Shown in pieces: positions 37,159 through 49,324 of a stretch of 64,000 nucleotides of DNA (position 1 is the first letter of the stretch; each line of letters opens with the position of its first letter). The DNA lies in the NCBI RefSeq assembly GCF_947568905.1, contig NC_079172.1:31682001-31746000 (forward strand), in the 5' to 3' direction. The translations under genes and the position numbers were made by a program. Under the pieces are notes generated by a model, which had not been told where the DNA came from, searched no databases, and worked only from the letters and a program-made list of their open reading frames with translations. Source of the stretch: Ostrea edulis (Eukaryota).

Positions 37159-39634
37159 ATGGAGGGACGAACTACAGCATGTGTGATATGTGCTGCAATA
37201 GTGATGATGACACTTCAAGATTTTTATACTTTTGCTAAAATTATGGATGTTGCGCAGTGTCCAAGATGTCTGAACAAACGTGGAGTTGTAACGTGTAAAA
37301 CTTACAAGAACAATTGTGTCAGTGTTTTCCTTAATCGTGCCAGAACCCAAATCCGTGAAATTCGCGTCCCTATGTGTACTATCGATATTGTGGTCAACAG
37401 AAAGTGGGAGTCCCTTACTGACTTTCCAGTAGTGCGGGACATTAGGGGACATCAATGTGCCAGTGTATTCAGTAAGTAGTACTTAGGGTTTTCATTATTT
37501 CAAATTAACGTGTATTTGACCACTTAATATATCATTTTTTGAACGACAAGTCGTTGTTTGTCGTTGTTGTGGTGATTTGCTAGAAGAGGAGGGGGTTTTT
37601 AACGAATGATGTATCGTGAGAAAAATAGGACCACGTGATATTTTCATAAACCAATCAAATCACTGCGTCTTTTACTATGGAATGTTTACGTTTGTACAAC
37701 TTGTGTATTGGTATTTAATTATGTAATTTAGTCTTAACTGATTCTTAGAACGTTTCTGTAAATATCAAGAACAAATTAATAACTCGTGTTTTCAGTTCTA
37801 ACTGTGACTGGTATCTAAAATAAGTACTCGTATGATCGGGTTCGGGGTACATACAGGGAATGTGAAATCGGAAGTTTGAAACGTTCCCTTTGTTAGAGGG
37901 TGTACAGTGAAACTGAAAGTAAACATTTTGTTTTTGTTGTAGATCCCCTAAAAAAAAATAATCACCGCTCCTTTTAAAAATGTATTGCAGATATGCCTAC
38001 TGAAGAGTCCAAGATGTTGGCCACCACTACAATACCATCCACTTCATCAGCAAATACACAAGGGAGGGCTTGGATTGGGCCAGCGTCATTGAAAAGTACA
38101 ACTCAAGGTAGGACTGCATTTGTTGAACTAGGTTGACTTGGTAGTTTTACACAATTTAACAAGAGTATAATTCAGAAATATTATTGAAAGATTAAAAAGC
38201 AAAGTAGTATTTTTTTCTTACCAGGAAAAAAACCCCCAAAATAGTCACCACCTCTGTGTAAAAAAAAAATGTATTGCAGATATGCCTACTGAAGAGTCCA
38301 AGATGTTGGCCATCTTTACAGTGCCATCCACTTCATCAGCAAATACACAAGGGAGGGCTTGGATTGGGCCAGCGTCATTGAAAAGTAAAACTCGAGGTAG
38401 GACTGCTTTAACGTTATATATCCCTCAGCAAGGCGGGGTAACTCATACATATATAAGATAATGATGAAATTAAAAAAAAAATGTTTTCTATTATGTTCTG
38501 ATTGAATGATTATCAATTATCCACCAGAATACATATCTATATCAACTGCGAATCTTGATCAACATATAAATTGATAATGGAAAAGAGCATTTTCAATTTC
38601 TGACACCTGAGGGATGGATAACCTTAATTGAACTAGGTTGACTCAGTAGTTTTACACAACAATTTAACAAGAGTATAATTCAGAAATATTATTGAAAGAT
38701 TAAAAAGCAAAGTAGTATTTTTCTTACCAGGAAAAAAAAACCCCCAAAATAGTCACCACCTCTGTGTAAAAAAAAAAAATGTATTGCAGATATGCCTACT
38801 GAAGAGTCCAAGATGTTGGCCACTTCTACAATACCATCCACTTCATCAGCAAGAACACAAGGGAGGGCTTGGATTGGGCCAGCGTCATTGAAAAGTACAA
38901 CTCGAGGTAGGACTGCTTTTGTTGAAAAATGTTAATAAATAGATATCATACATGTTAAGCCAATTTCAATTTCTTTTAGAAATGAATTGTAAAGCTTTAT
39001 TGTTAAATTCTTGTGTAGACATGCAAATTCTTTGTTGAGACTATTACGATTATCACAATTATGATTTTTGGGCTAATGTTTTGTGTTTTTAAATTCCAGG
39101 GTTACAATTATCTACCGAAGAATTTGACGTGCCTGGGACCGCAGGTCAGTTTGAAACCCTACTGATGTTAATTATCCATGAGAATGAACTGAACAGATTT
39201 TTTTTTTTTGATAATTACTTGTTGTATTTGTATGTTGTGTTTGATGCATTGATGAAAGTGTTAATTGTAATTACTTGTTCTAACTTTTAATAGGTGTTTT
39301 TGCCTGGGCAGTTGTCACAACACTTGCCATTATTCTGATTGTGATAAGGCATCTTTTGCTTTCGAAAATAAAATGCTGCTGTAGAAGGCAAGTCAACCAT
39401 CTTCCTAGAACACCATCACCACCTTCAACACCGTGCACTCGTGAAACTGTAGAGCAGATAAGAATGCATTTATTGCACACACCATCTTCCATTGCTACCA
39501 CCCCCAGCAGTTTATCGGCGTCAACCCCCAACACAGTAGTTTCAGTAACTCGACCTCTCCTTGGTGATGATGACGATGAACCTATTTCACAACGTACCAG
39601 GGCTAAAAGTGTCGCAAAGAGACTTAGCCTGTAA
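37159..39634 (+). CDS. Spliced type-I membrane glycoprotein, ~349 aa. Exons 37159-37471, 37991-38107, 38280-38396, 38790-38906, 39100-39144, 39294-39634
   Basis: All junctions are GT-AG and phase 1, giving 1050 nt in frame. Features: signal-like TTACVICAAIVMMTL, Cys-rich ectodomain, three 39-aa Ser/Thr-rich repeats, TM segment GVFAWAVVTTLAIILIVI, CCC cluster, Pro/Ser/Thr tail. TATAAAA at 36960. The ORF is also open from 37036. Confidence 0.8.
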
Positions 39635-40809
39635 TTTCTTTACTAGTTTTTCAAAGGGATGATATTACTACGTTTTGAACTTTTTAATGACTGTGTAGTG
39701 TACAAGTTTTGAAAATGATAACAGTAAACAGTTTTATGAATGTGTAATCAGTTTAAAGTTGTGCATTTTTTATGACAGATTTTTTTGGAATTGGAAAAAG
39801 CATAAAGTTTGGGACTTTTTGAACTGTTTAAGTTCCATTATTTTTCCTTTTTTTACAAAACAGATTTGTTAATGACATAACAATTTGATGACATTTTACT
39901 TTTTTTAATGAATGTACATGTAGTACAGAGCAACGGTATTGTTTAAGGACATTGACTCGTTAGTTTTTCCTATGGTTGCTTTTAATGTTTTTGTATTTTT
40001 TATTTTTTTTTTTATTTTATGCGACAGTTTGTATTTTACTTGAATACTGATCAAAGGAAAATTTAAAGTCCTGCCTTTATTTGCTGATTATTATAATTTA
40101 CATATGACAGTGATCATTTGGTTATTTTTGGGATGTGCAATTGATGTAAAATGATGTTTAAGTTGATTTTAACTGATAAATGTGATTTACACTTAACATT
40201 GATCATTTGCTTATTATGATTGTGATGTATAAGTTATGACATTAGGGTTAATTGTTGCAGCACATATTTCTATATAATAATATTTAATATCCAATAGTTA
40301 TAGAGTATTATGCTTAATATTATCTACCTGTGATATAATGCTGTTAATAACAATGCAGGTTTTAAATATTTTTGAACATTTGTTTAGCTAGAAATTCTTT
40401 TGGTTAGCAACTGGGTTTAAAGAATAAGTTTGCACAGTTTGATATTAAGCATGTTAATGTCTATTTATAGATATTTTTGTCAATAAGCCAGTATATTTCT
40501 TAACATTGTTTTTACCTAATGTCATTTCTTTGAAAATTTGTTAAGTATTAGGAAATACTTAAAATTTTTGTTACAGGATTTTTGTTAATAAAAAAGTATT
40601 CTTTCTATATTGCCTTCTATATTTTATTAATGTACTCAAGTTCGAAATGGATATTCCGATAATTGTGACATTACGCTGCTGTCTGTAAAAATAATGTTTT
40701 ACTGGTTTTTCAATTTCATTTAACAAATAACTAGCCATGTTTATTAATATACCTTTTGTCCTTTGACATGGATATAAATTTATATATATATTTTTTTTGT
40801 AATTAAGAG

Positions 40810-43800
40810 ATGGCAGACAGCGGTTTATTAAAAGAAATCCTGGACTCCTTGAATGACCCAGACACCGTGCAGTTGTTTGCTACAGTTAATGGTCTTACTG
40901 GTGATGCCGAGGTCGAGAACAGATTAAGGGAGCTCCAGTGGGAAAAGCACATCGATGACTTATGGCAGGAGGTTCTTTCCGAGATGGAATCCCCAACTAA
41001 AAAAATTAGACCATCCCAAGAGGATGGCGATCAACCCTCTACGAGTGGGCAGTCGGGGGGTGGGGGGAGTTCCGAGGACCCATTAGAAAAACCCTATTTC
41101 ATTTGGAAGAGAGACACTCGAACATTTAAGAAAAACTTGGCCCGCGACACCACGTTTAAGGTCAAATTTAACGAGCAGTGGAAGGGGGATAAATTGTTAG
41201 ATATACATAACAAGTTGCACGATATGTTCGACGACCTGTTGTCAGAGGCCCGGGGTCACGATGCGGATCTGGGAAGGGTGGTCATCAGTCATTCGAGTTT
41301 AAACAATCCGATCGTCGTGCCGCTACAATCCTGGGAAAATCTGAATGCAGATGTCGTCCTGTCCGAGATCACCAAAGTACTTAATTCGAACGAAAGCTTG
41401 TCCGTGGACGAAAATCTGTTGATCACCATAGGGTCCATCGATTTGCCCAAAGGGGGAGGTAACCCTAGAAAATTACCCATCACGTCTCTCTTTGGTCCTA
41501 AAAATAGCGTAGAAAGAAAGAGATCGCTTTTTCACGTACAAAATGATAACAACGTATGTATGGCCATTTCCATTGGTCTCTGTTACCTGAAAACGTGTGA
41601 AAAAGTAGATGCTGTTACGTGGACAAATTTAGTGGGGAAAGATGCCGGAACAATGTTCGACCATATCATCAAGCACCGTACTGTTACTCGATCCTATTAC
41701 AACAATATCTTGAAAACCTCGAGAAAAAAAATGCAAACGGAGTTGGCGATGTGGCTGTGTGAAAGAGCCGGAGTTCCTACTGACAGATATTTAGGTTTGA
41801 ACGACATCGAACCATTCGAAACCTTACTTGGTGTCTGTATCAACGTTGTGTCCTCAAGAGTAGGGAATAAATTTGTCAGGGTGACGGAGGACGAGGACAA
41901 GCCACGTCTGTATTTATATCACGTGGACACAGAAACTGAAAAACACTGGCACGGGATTGCCAGCATACAAGGCTTTTTTAAGGCATCGTATTTTTGCCAT
42001 ACTTGTTTAAAACCGTATAATGATAAATCCAAACACACGTGTACCACCTCGTGTGAGGTTTGCTTACATGACCACTGTCCAGAAACAAATGTCCAAATAG
42101 GTTGTCGAACCTGTGGACGGGTCTGTCGTTCCGTGGCGTGTTTTAAACGTCATAAAAAACAAAGAGTCGTCAAGAAAGAGAGTTATCCTCCTCCTTGCGA
42201 ACTGTTTCACCAATGTAAAAAATGTAGGGTCATTCTACATTGCTGTAAACGCTCTCCCGACTTGCACGTTTGTCAAGAATGGCAGTGCCCTAACTGTCTA
42301 GAATATCAAATAGGAGAACATCATTGTTATCAAAAACCGTGTGGATGTGATTTAGAAAAAAGAGACAAAAAATTTATTTTCTACGATTTTGAGACGCGTC
42401 AAGAGGACATCTTTCATTGCGAGCAAGGGTATCGACCGTCTTGCATCAGATGCGACCAATGTGTCAAAAAAGAACGCCAGTGTGTAGACTGTAGACTCTG
42501 TCAGAACTGTCGTGATCCGTCCTGTGGTCTACAACAACACAAAGTCAACTTTGCCGTGCTGCAGACCACCTGTCACATATGTGAGAAAAGGGAACTGGTG
42601 GAGGGCGCCTCCTGTAGTTACTGCGGAACACGGTGTGAGCAATGCTCCCGAACCCATAAAGGTGAATATGTGAACCCCCCTTGTCCCGACACTTGTGGAA
42701 AAAGGGAAGTGGTGTTTTCTGGCGACAACGCCGCCGAGCAGTTCTGTGCTTTCGTCACCAGTGAACATTGTAAAAATTCGATCTTGATTGCCCACAATGC
42801 CAAAAGTTTCGACTTGTATCCGGTTTTAGAAGTGCTCATAGACCGTCACTCTATTCGACCTAGCAAGATCATTTACAACGGTTCTAAAATCATGTACATG
42901 CACATTGCGCACAAATTAAATTTGACTTTTGTGGATTCCCTCAATTTCCTGCCCATGAAGCTTGCCAAAATACCAGATGCCTTCGGTCTACAGGAACTCT
43001 GTAAGGGATACTTTCCCCATTTATTTAATACTAAAGCCAATCAAAACTACGTGGGGCCGTATCCAAAGTTGAAGTACTACGGATACGATTTCATGTCGGC
43101 CGGGGAGCGGAAAAAGCTTGCCGAATGGCATGCAACGAAACGAGACGAAACCTTTAACTTTCGAGAAGAAATGTTGCAATATTGTCGCTCGGACGTTGAT
43201 ATATTGAGGCGGGGGTGTCTAGAATTTAGAAACTTGGTGATCAAGGTGACAACTCTAACAGAGGAAACGGTTCAAGCAAACGGAATCATCAAGAAAACGA
43301 GCTCGGGTGGAGTCGACCCCTTTGATTTTGTCACCATTGCAAGTGTCTGCATGGGGATATTCAAGTCGCTCTTTTTGAAGGGAAAAAGTAAAATAGAAAT
43401 CACCAAAGATGGTGAATCGGATTTGTACGACATTCGTCATCATAAGAGTTTAGAGGGGGTCCATCTCGGTGATTCTTGGACGTCTCTCGTCGATTTAAGA
43501 AAGGACGACAATGTACAGATAGGAAAACGACATTTCAAAAGTCCCGTGGCAGTAGTACCATCTCAAGGATACACGAAGCGCGACAATTACAGCAAAATTT
43601 CCATCCAGTGGCTGGAGTGGTTGATGGAAAAAAGTCGTCAGCGGGGTAACCCCATTGTCATTTCCCACGCTCTCAACGGTGGTGAATTCCAAGTGCCAGG
43701 GACCAATTACAGATGTGACGGGTTTGTCAAGATTCCTGGCGGAAACGGAACCATTTATGAATTCTATGGTAAGAGCTTATTATTTTAACCTTTGCCCCCC

Positions 43801-45499
43801 CGTTTTCCCCCTAAACTGGAGGGGGGGGGCGGCGGCGGCGGCGTACCTGGACTTAATTACGAATGTATTGAGGATTGATATTGTTCATTTTGGTACAGGT
43901 TGTGTATTCCACGGTTGTCCCAACTGTTTCCCAGACGATAGGAATACCATCAAACACCCGTCTACCAATCAGACCATCAAAGAATTGTACGACATGACCA
44001 AACACAGAGAAAAGGAATTGAAAAATCTGGGATACAAATTGGTCATTGTGTGGGAGCATCAATTTAAATTTCAATTGGAGAAGAATGTAGCTTTGCAACA
44101 ATTCGTGTCCACCCTAGATCTCCAAGACAGACTCGACCCACGTGACAGTTTTTTCGGTGGTCGCACCAATGCCATCAAACTGCATTATAAAGCTGCAGAA
44201 GACGAAACAATCCAATATTTCGATTTTACCAGTCTCTATCCCTGGACCAACAAGTATTGTCGGTATCCCGTCGGCCATCCGACCATCATAACGGACGATT
44301 TTCAGGACTTGTCGCAATATTTTGGACTGGCTAAAATAAAAATTCTCCCCCCTAGAAAACTTTATCATCCCGTACTTCCATACAATTCGAATGGAAAATT
44401 GAAGTTCCCACTTTGTAAAACGTGTGCAGACAGTGAAAATCAAAATGAATGTACATGCTCTGTTGAAGAGAGATCCATCACGGGCACGTGGTGTACTCCT
44501 GAAATTCAAATGGCAACGTCAAAAGGGTACGAAATCTTGAAAATCTATGAAGTTTATCATTTTGCCGAGTCTTCCAAATACGATGTCGAGTCGTGTGAGG
44601 GGGGATTATTCGCTCAGTATGTGAACATGTTTTTAAAAATAAAACAGGAGGCTTCCGGATTTCCGGCCGAATGCGACACGGAAGAGACCAAAAGAAAATA
44701 CATTAGGGAATACAAAGAAAACGAAGGTATCCAATTAGAGTATGAAAAAATTAAAAAAAATCCCGGTTTGCGATGTTTAGCGAAACTTTGTCTGAATAGC
44801 TTTTGGGGGAAATTTGGTCAGAGGTTGGGCATGCAACAATCCGTGTTCATTCACGAATCGGAAGCCGAAAATTTTTTTCAAATGCTCTCAGATCCTACAA
44901 AAGTACCACACAACTTTCACATTGTTTCGAGAGACATTCTTCAATTAGAATGGAGTAACAACCCCCTATTCGCGTCATTCGACAATAAAACTAATATATT
45001 CTTGGCCTCTTTTACCACCATGTGGGCTCGACTGAAATTGTATGGCGTTCTCGACAAATTAAACGAGAACGTCTTGTATTTCGATACAGACAGTGTCATC
45101 TTCAAGACAAAAAAGTCGGACAACTTGAATTATCTCCCCATAGGTAATCACCTGGGAGAATTGACTAATGAAATCTCTCCACAAGACGGGTACATTGTCG
45201 AATTCGTTTCTGGGGGTCCTAAAAACTACGCTTACCGCACACTGTCGGGAAAAGAAGAATGCAAAGTTAGAGGGTTTACACTTAACTGGGCCAACTCGAA
45301 ACTTATCAATTTCCAGGCTATCAAGTCGATAATCTGTACCTCACACGACCGACAAATTGAAATTGTCAACCCTTGTAAAATATCGAGAGACAGCAGAAAG
45401 CGAAAATTGTTAAATAGGGTTGAAACTAAAAATTATAAGATGGTTTACACTAAAAGGAGAATTCTTCCTAATTTAGACACGTTGCCATTTGGATTTTGA
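40810..45499 (+). CDS. pPolB: Protein-primed family B DNA polymerase (1519 aa after removing the 130-bp intron 43769-43898)
   Basis: Exo motifs FYDFET, AHNAKSFD, YCRSDVDIL; Pol motifs YFDFTSLYP, KLCLNSFWGKF, YFDTDS. Splicing GTAAGA...TACAG restores YEFYGCVFHGCP. Confidence 0.95.
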
Positions 45500-45595
45500 T
45501 TATAAAACGAAATATTTTGACGTTTTTGTTTTTTTTATTGAATGATAAATACACAAATAAAATGATAAAAGACATTATTCGTTGTTATTACACTG

Positions 45596-45865
45596 TCAAT
45601 ATGTGAGCCAGGGTACGTTTTTCTTCTTCCGCCGAACATTGGAAATTCCAGGAGGTTTCCCAACCTTCATCTTCTTAGCGACGTAACCTGTTCCAGTTTG
45701 TAACAAATTAGTTTTATCCACTAAGTCACTGGCAGTTTGTTCTTGACCTTCTGAGGATTGCTTCGAAGTTCGGTCGACTTCTCGGGATGACGTATCAGCA
45801 GGTTCTAATTTTTGAAGTAAACGTTCATATTTCAGTTTCGGTACAAGTATCATTTCCTTTGCCAT
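45596..45865 (-). CDS. Small Polinton-type ORF (89 aa), function unknown
   Basis: MILVPKLKYERLL N-terminus resembles small ORFs I recall from Polintons; it has a basic C-terminus and lies in a tightly packed gene block. Confidence 0.7.
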   Translation of the reverse strand: MAKEMILVPKLKYERLLQKLEPADTSSREVDRTSKQSSEGQEQTASDLVDKTNLLQTGTGYVAKKMKVGKPPGISNVRRKKKNVPWLTY

Positions 45866-46179
45866 TTTCCTTTGAAATGTTGAACAATGGGTTTAAGTAG
45901 AAGCGGCACTAAAGGAATGTTTTTCAATAGTATGCGACGTTTCTCTCGGTTGCTGACTTCTCTGGACCCCAAGGATCGAATGCATGATTCATAAGGTTTC
46001 AGTTGGTTTATATACTTTTTAGTCAGAGGATAAGTTCCGGTGTAAATGTTAAGTGCTATTTCACTGAGCACATCGTACTGTTCACTGTTCAAGGCTTTAA
46101 CGATTACTTTTTGCTGGGCATTGTCTGCACAGACAAGAAACTTTAAAAAAGCCTCGTGTTTCTTCACCGTTTGCTTCAT
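45850..46179 (-). CDS. Conserved small basic Polinton protein (109 aa from the ATG at 46179)
   Basis: Pattern L.FL..A...QK..V.AL...Q..VL.EIALN...G...L...Y...L..Y...IR.L.S...S...KR.IL...PLLL.PI, recalled as typical of Maverick core small ORFs. Confidence 0.75.
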   Translation of the reverse strand: MKQTVKKHEAFLKFLVCADNAQQKVIVKALNSEQYDVLSEIALNIYTGTYPLTKKYINQLKPYESCIRSLGSREVSNREKRRILLKNIPLVPLLLKPIVQHFKGKWQRK

Positions 46180-46217
46180 CTTTGAATAATGAGGCGAACA
46201 CATCAAATCATACTTAT

Positions 46218-46901
46218 TTATAGAGGTTGGTAAATAATCATCTCTTCTCCCGGAAGAATGCGTGTTCTTAACTGATACTCTCTGTTCTGTGTAGGTTCCA
46301 GGCAAACATGTAAGTAACCGAAATTGGGTCGAGTCGCAGATTCATAGGCTGCTTTGAAAAAAGGAACTTGTCCTGGTAAGATCTGAGATCCAAAGGTGAT
46401 GATCTGTCGGGAATCGCGGTAATTCTTAAACAAAATGACATTAAGACAATTCAGTGAAATGGTCCTGGCGTATTTTCCCGGCGGGTATAAGTTCTGAGAC
46501 AACATCACGGTGGTCACGTTTCTATGATGAGATGTCACCGTGAATAGATGCACACAATCTTGTGATTGCGCAACTTGTAACATGAGATCATCCAGTACCA
46601 CTATAGTGTGACTGACACCCTCTGTGTACTGCTCTATGTCTTCTTTTGAAGGCATTCCTTGATGTAATGAAAGGTTTGGTATCGTCTGCTTCATTTCCTC
46701 AAACATGGGTTGATGTTCAGAATAAGCATAAATTATTCTATCAACAGGCATAGAGAACATGCCATTGGCGTTTTGTAAAAGTGTTTTAGTAAAATGCGTT
46801 TTACCGCTTTGTGTACTTCCACATATCAGAATAGTGGAAGGTGCCGAAAACGGAAGCAAGGAACGAGTGTTCCACCAATCGTTTATGTTCTCTGTTGCCA
46901 T
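46218..46901 (-). CDS. ATP: A32/FtsK-HerA family genome-packaging ATPase
   Basis: Walker A GSTQSGKT, Walker B IVVLDD, and SHHRNVTTVMLSQN. Confidence 0.95.
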   Translation of the reverse strand: MATENINDWWNTRSLLPFSAPSTILICGSTQSGKTHFTKTLLQNANGMFSMPVDRIIYAYSEHQPMFEEMKQTIPNLSLHQGMPSKEDIEQYTEGVSHTIVVLDDLMLQVAQSQDCVHLFTVTSHHRNVTTVMLSQNLYPPGKYARTISLNCLNVILFKNYRDSRQIITFGSQILPGQVPFFKAAYESATRPNFGYLHVCLEPTQNREYQLRTRILPGEEMIIYQPL

Positions 46902-47010
46902 GTTCCTCGGTAGCCAGGCTTCCTCATACTGAAGTCCAGCGTAATGCTACGCGCACATATATATATATTAACAAACTTATTCAATGACAGTATAAAAATA
47001 ACTTCTCTAT

Positions 47011-47493
47011 CTATGTTTCATGATTAATTTTAATGACAGAATAATCATACATAAAACGTTTCACAAAATCATCATTGGATTGAATGTCTTTAGAAAATAA
47101 AGCATACACATCATTTATCGAGTTTTTGAAACACAATCATGCAATTAAAAATACTAATACATAAAGTCCACACAAATCGGAATTACGAGGCTGTAGTCGT
47201 ATAGACTTGAAATTACATTGTACACTGCTCATCCTCAAAAAGTTTTGAATGTCTTGATTGTAATGAGTTGGTGATTTCCCAAGGCTGTCGAAAAACTCTG
47301 CTTGGGATGGACTTCGCACGATTATTGCCACCCAATGTTCTCCAGGCATTGGTAAAGGTTGTGTATTGACGATGAAGGCACTCGGATACCTTGTAACGAT
47401 TTGGGGTAATGTGTTACTAGCAAATACACCTTTCACATAGCATCTTAAGCAGGGGTCCGTTTTCACCATATTTAGCAGCTGTGTCGAATTCAT
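47011..47493 (-). pseudogene. PRO: Adenain-like (C5) maturation protease with an in-frame TGA at 47137-47139; the frame continues 41 more codons
   Basis: GEHWVAI, FFDSLG and QPRNSDLCGLY catalytic motifs. After the TGA the frame reads LCFKNSINDVYALFSKDIQSNDDFVKRF, which fits the usual C-terminal helix. Confidence 0.85.
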
Positions 47494-48806
47494 GGTTGAA
47501 TGTAGTTGATATCACGTGATTTGTCGACTTCCAGTAGAGATGAAAAGGTAGCAAATACAATTGCGTTAGCAGCTTTAGTTGTTGCTTGTTTAAATTTCAG
47601 TTCCAGTCTGGTGTTTCCCCGACGAATCAGATTTAAATACTCTTCTCCAAATCCACAGGAATCAATAGTGAAAACAAACAGCGAATATCCACTTCCAAAA
47701 TTATCACGAGTGATGATCAGTCCGGCATCATTGTTCCATTTTCCCGAGGCTTCAAACAAACGAGCGTAAGCTGCTGAATACAGTCCCGCTGAGAAGTCTG
47801 TTTTGAGCGGTCTACCGGGTACACTTTCTCCGTTAACGTATATTCCGACGTCTGTTAACCCCATATGCTCAAAGTTAAAGGGGTTAGCGGTGTAGTCCCC
47901 ATTGACGGCTTTCTGGTCCACCAAGGCCACCACGATGCGATCGGGTACCGCTTGAGGAAAAATGTTGTCCCAGTAAAACTCTGTGGATCCTTTAGGAATA
48001 GTATTCATTTTCAATTCATTTCGCATGATAGTATACTTCACGGGGGTTGCTTCTATCTGTTTACTATGATTCAGTAGAACGCCAGGGTCTACTCGCACTT
48101 TGGCTACTTTGTACACAACGTCCAGTAACTCTAATTTGAAAGCTGGTGAAGATTCAGCCGACATAATGACAAACGGGGCACTGGATCTAAAGAGTTTGAT
48201 GTAAATGTCTACCCCGTTTATCAAATATTTATCTATATCAAAGACATCTTCCATCAGGTTTCCTTCCAACTCAAAGACTGCACTTTGCTGAGTGTATCCA
48301 TACCGCACGACCAGTCCAGCATTCCCCCCATTGTATGCATTGGCGTCACTCAGGTTTCCCTCTTCTTTAAAAAACAGCTCGGATTGTTTCTGTGAACTAA
48401 GTTCGTCTCTCCCGCTGAATAAAATTGTCTTGAAATAGGCCTTCCACGGATAGTTGTTTGTGTTGAAAGAAACTAATTTGTTGTTCAAGTAGACATCCAT
48501 CTGGGAAAACATACTTTGAAGTGGTAAATTTACAATGCCCGTTTTTTCATTTTCTGCCAGCGCCGTTCCATCTGCTTTCAAAATTCGGGCTTTCACATAC
48601 AATTTACTCCTTTTTAAATCAATGTATTCTGCCGCCGAACCAGATACTACGATTTCGATTGGTGTATCGGATACTCCTATGCTAGAAATCGGTCTTGCTT
48701 CTGTAAAGTACACTTTTTCGACCGCTACCTGATTTGTTGGAGACGCAAAAAGAGACAGTTCCATAGGTTGAGCTATGTCTTTATTATCACTGCTTAAAAA
48801 GGCCAT
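47490..48806 (-). CDS. MCP: Double jelly-roll major capsid protein (PY/hexon-like)
   Basis: 438 aa; ELSLFASP...QSMFSQMDVYLNNKLVS, NPFNFEH and GYSLFVF motifs typical of Polinton MCP; expected gene neighbourhood. Confidence 0.92.
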   Translation of the reverse strand: MAFLSSDNKDIAQPMELSLFASPTNQVAVEKVYFTEARPISSIGVSDTPIEIVVSGSAAEYIDLKRSKLYVKARILKADGTALAENEKTGIVNLPLQSMFSQMDVYLNNKLVSFNTNNYPWKAYFKTILFSGRDELSSQKQSELFFKEEGNLSDANAYNGGNAGLVVRYGYTQQSAVFELEGNLMEDVFDIDKYLINGVDIYIKLFRSSAPFVIMSAESSPAFKLELLDVVYKVAKVRVDPGVLLNHSKQIEATPVKYTIMRNELKMNTIPKGSTEFYWDNIFPQAVPDRIVVALVDQKAVNGDYTANPFNFEHMGLTDVGIYVNGESVPGRPLKTDFSAGLYSAAYARLFEASGKWNNDAGLIITRDNFGSGYSLFVFTIDSCGFGEEYLNLIRRGNTRLELKFKQATTKAANAIVFATFSSLLEVDKSRDINYIQP

Positions 48807-48808
48807 TT

Positions 48809-49324
48809 CTACTGTTTAAAGATACTCCTGTAACTGTCAATCTTAAACTCTTTCTTCTTTCTCGATTGTGTTTTCTTGCCTGGTGCTCCTCGCTTTTTCT
48901 TAATTGTCTTCTGTGTCGTTTTTCCTGACTTTTTTCGTTGTTTTGCAGGCTTAGACGACTTCTTCCTTTGAGATGTTGTTCGTTTCGATTTCTTGGAAGG
49001 AATGACAGACGATTGAGAACGTGGCCTTTTTATACTCCCCTGCACATTGACGAATGGAACACCCTCTTTGACATCCTTGGCATGTTCGATCTTAGCTCTT
49101 TCCTCCACCGCAGTCACTGGGGTCATTTGAGTGCTGGTTTGTTGTACTGATTCTAATTGTGAGTGAGGTCTCAATGGAATGACATAAGACTTATAACTTT
49201 TCACACCTCTTCCAATTTGTTTAGGCTTGTATCTATAAGGGTTGAACTTTTTCTCTGCCATGTTCTTGTAAAAGATTTCCCACATTCTGGGATCACTGAC
49301 GTAAGTTTGGCTATTCATCTTCAC
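48809..49324 (-). CDS. Lys/Arg-rich putative virion core protein with a QIGRG protease-site-like motif
   Basis: 171 aa with a highly basic C-terminal half; lies between the capsid genes. Confidence 0.7.
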   Translation of the reverse strand: MKMNSQTYVSDPRMWEIFYKNMAEKKFNPYRYKPKQIGRGVKSYKSYVIPLRPHSQLESVQQTSTQMTPVTAVEERAKIEHAKDVKEGVPFVNVQGSIKRPRSQSSVIPSKKSKRTTSQRKKSSKPAKQRKKSGKTTQKTIKKKRGAPGKKTQSRKKKEFKIDSYRSIFKQ

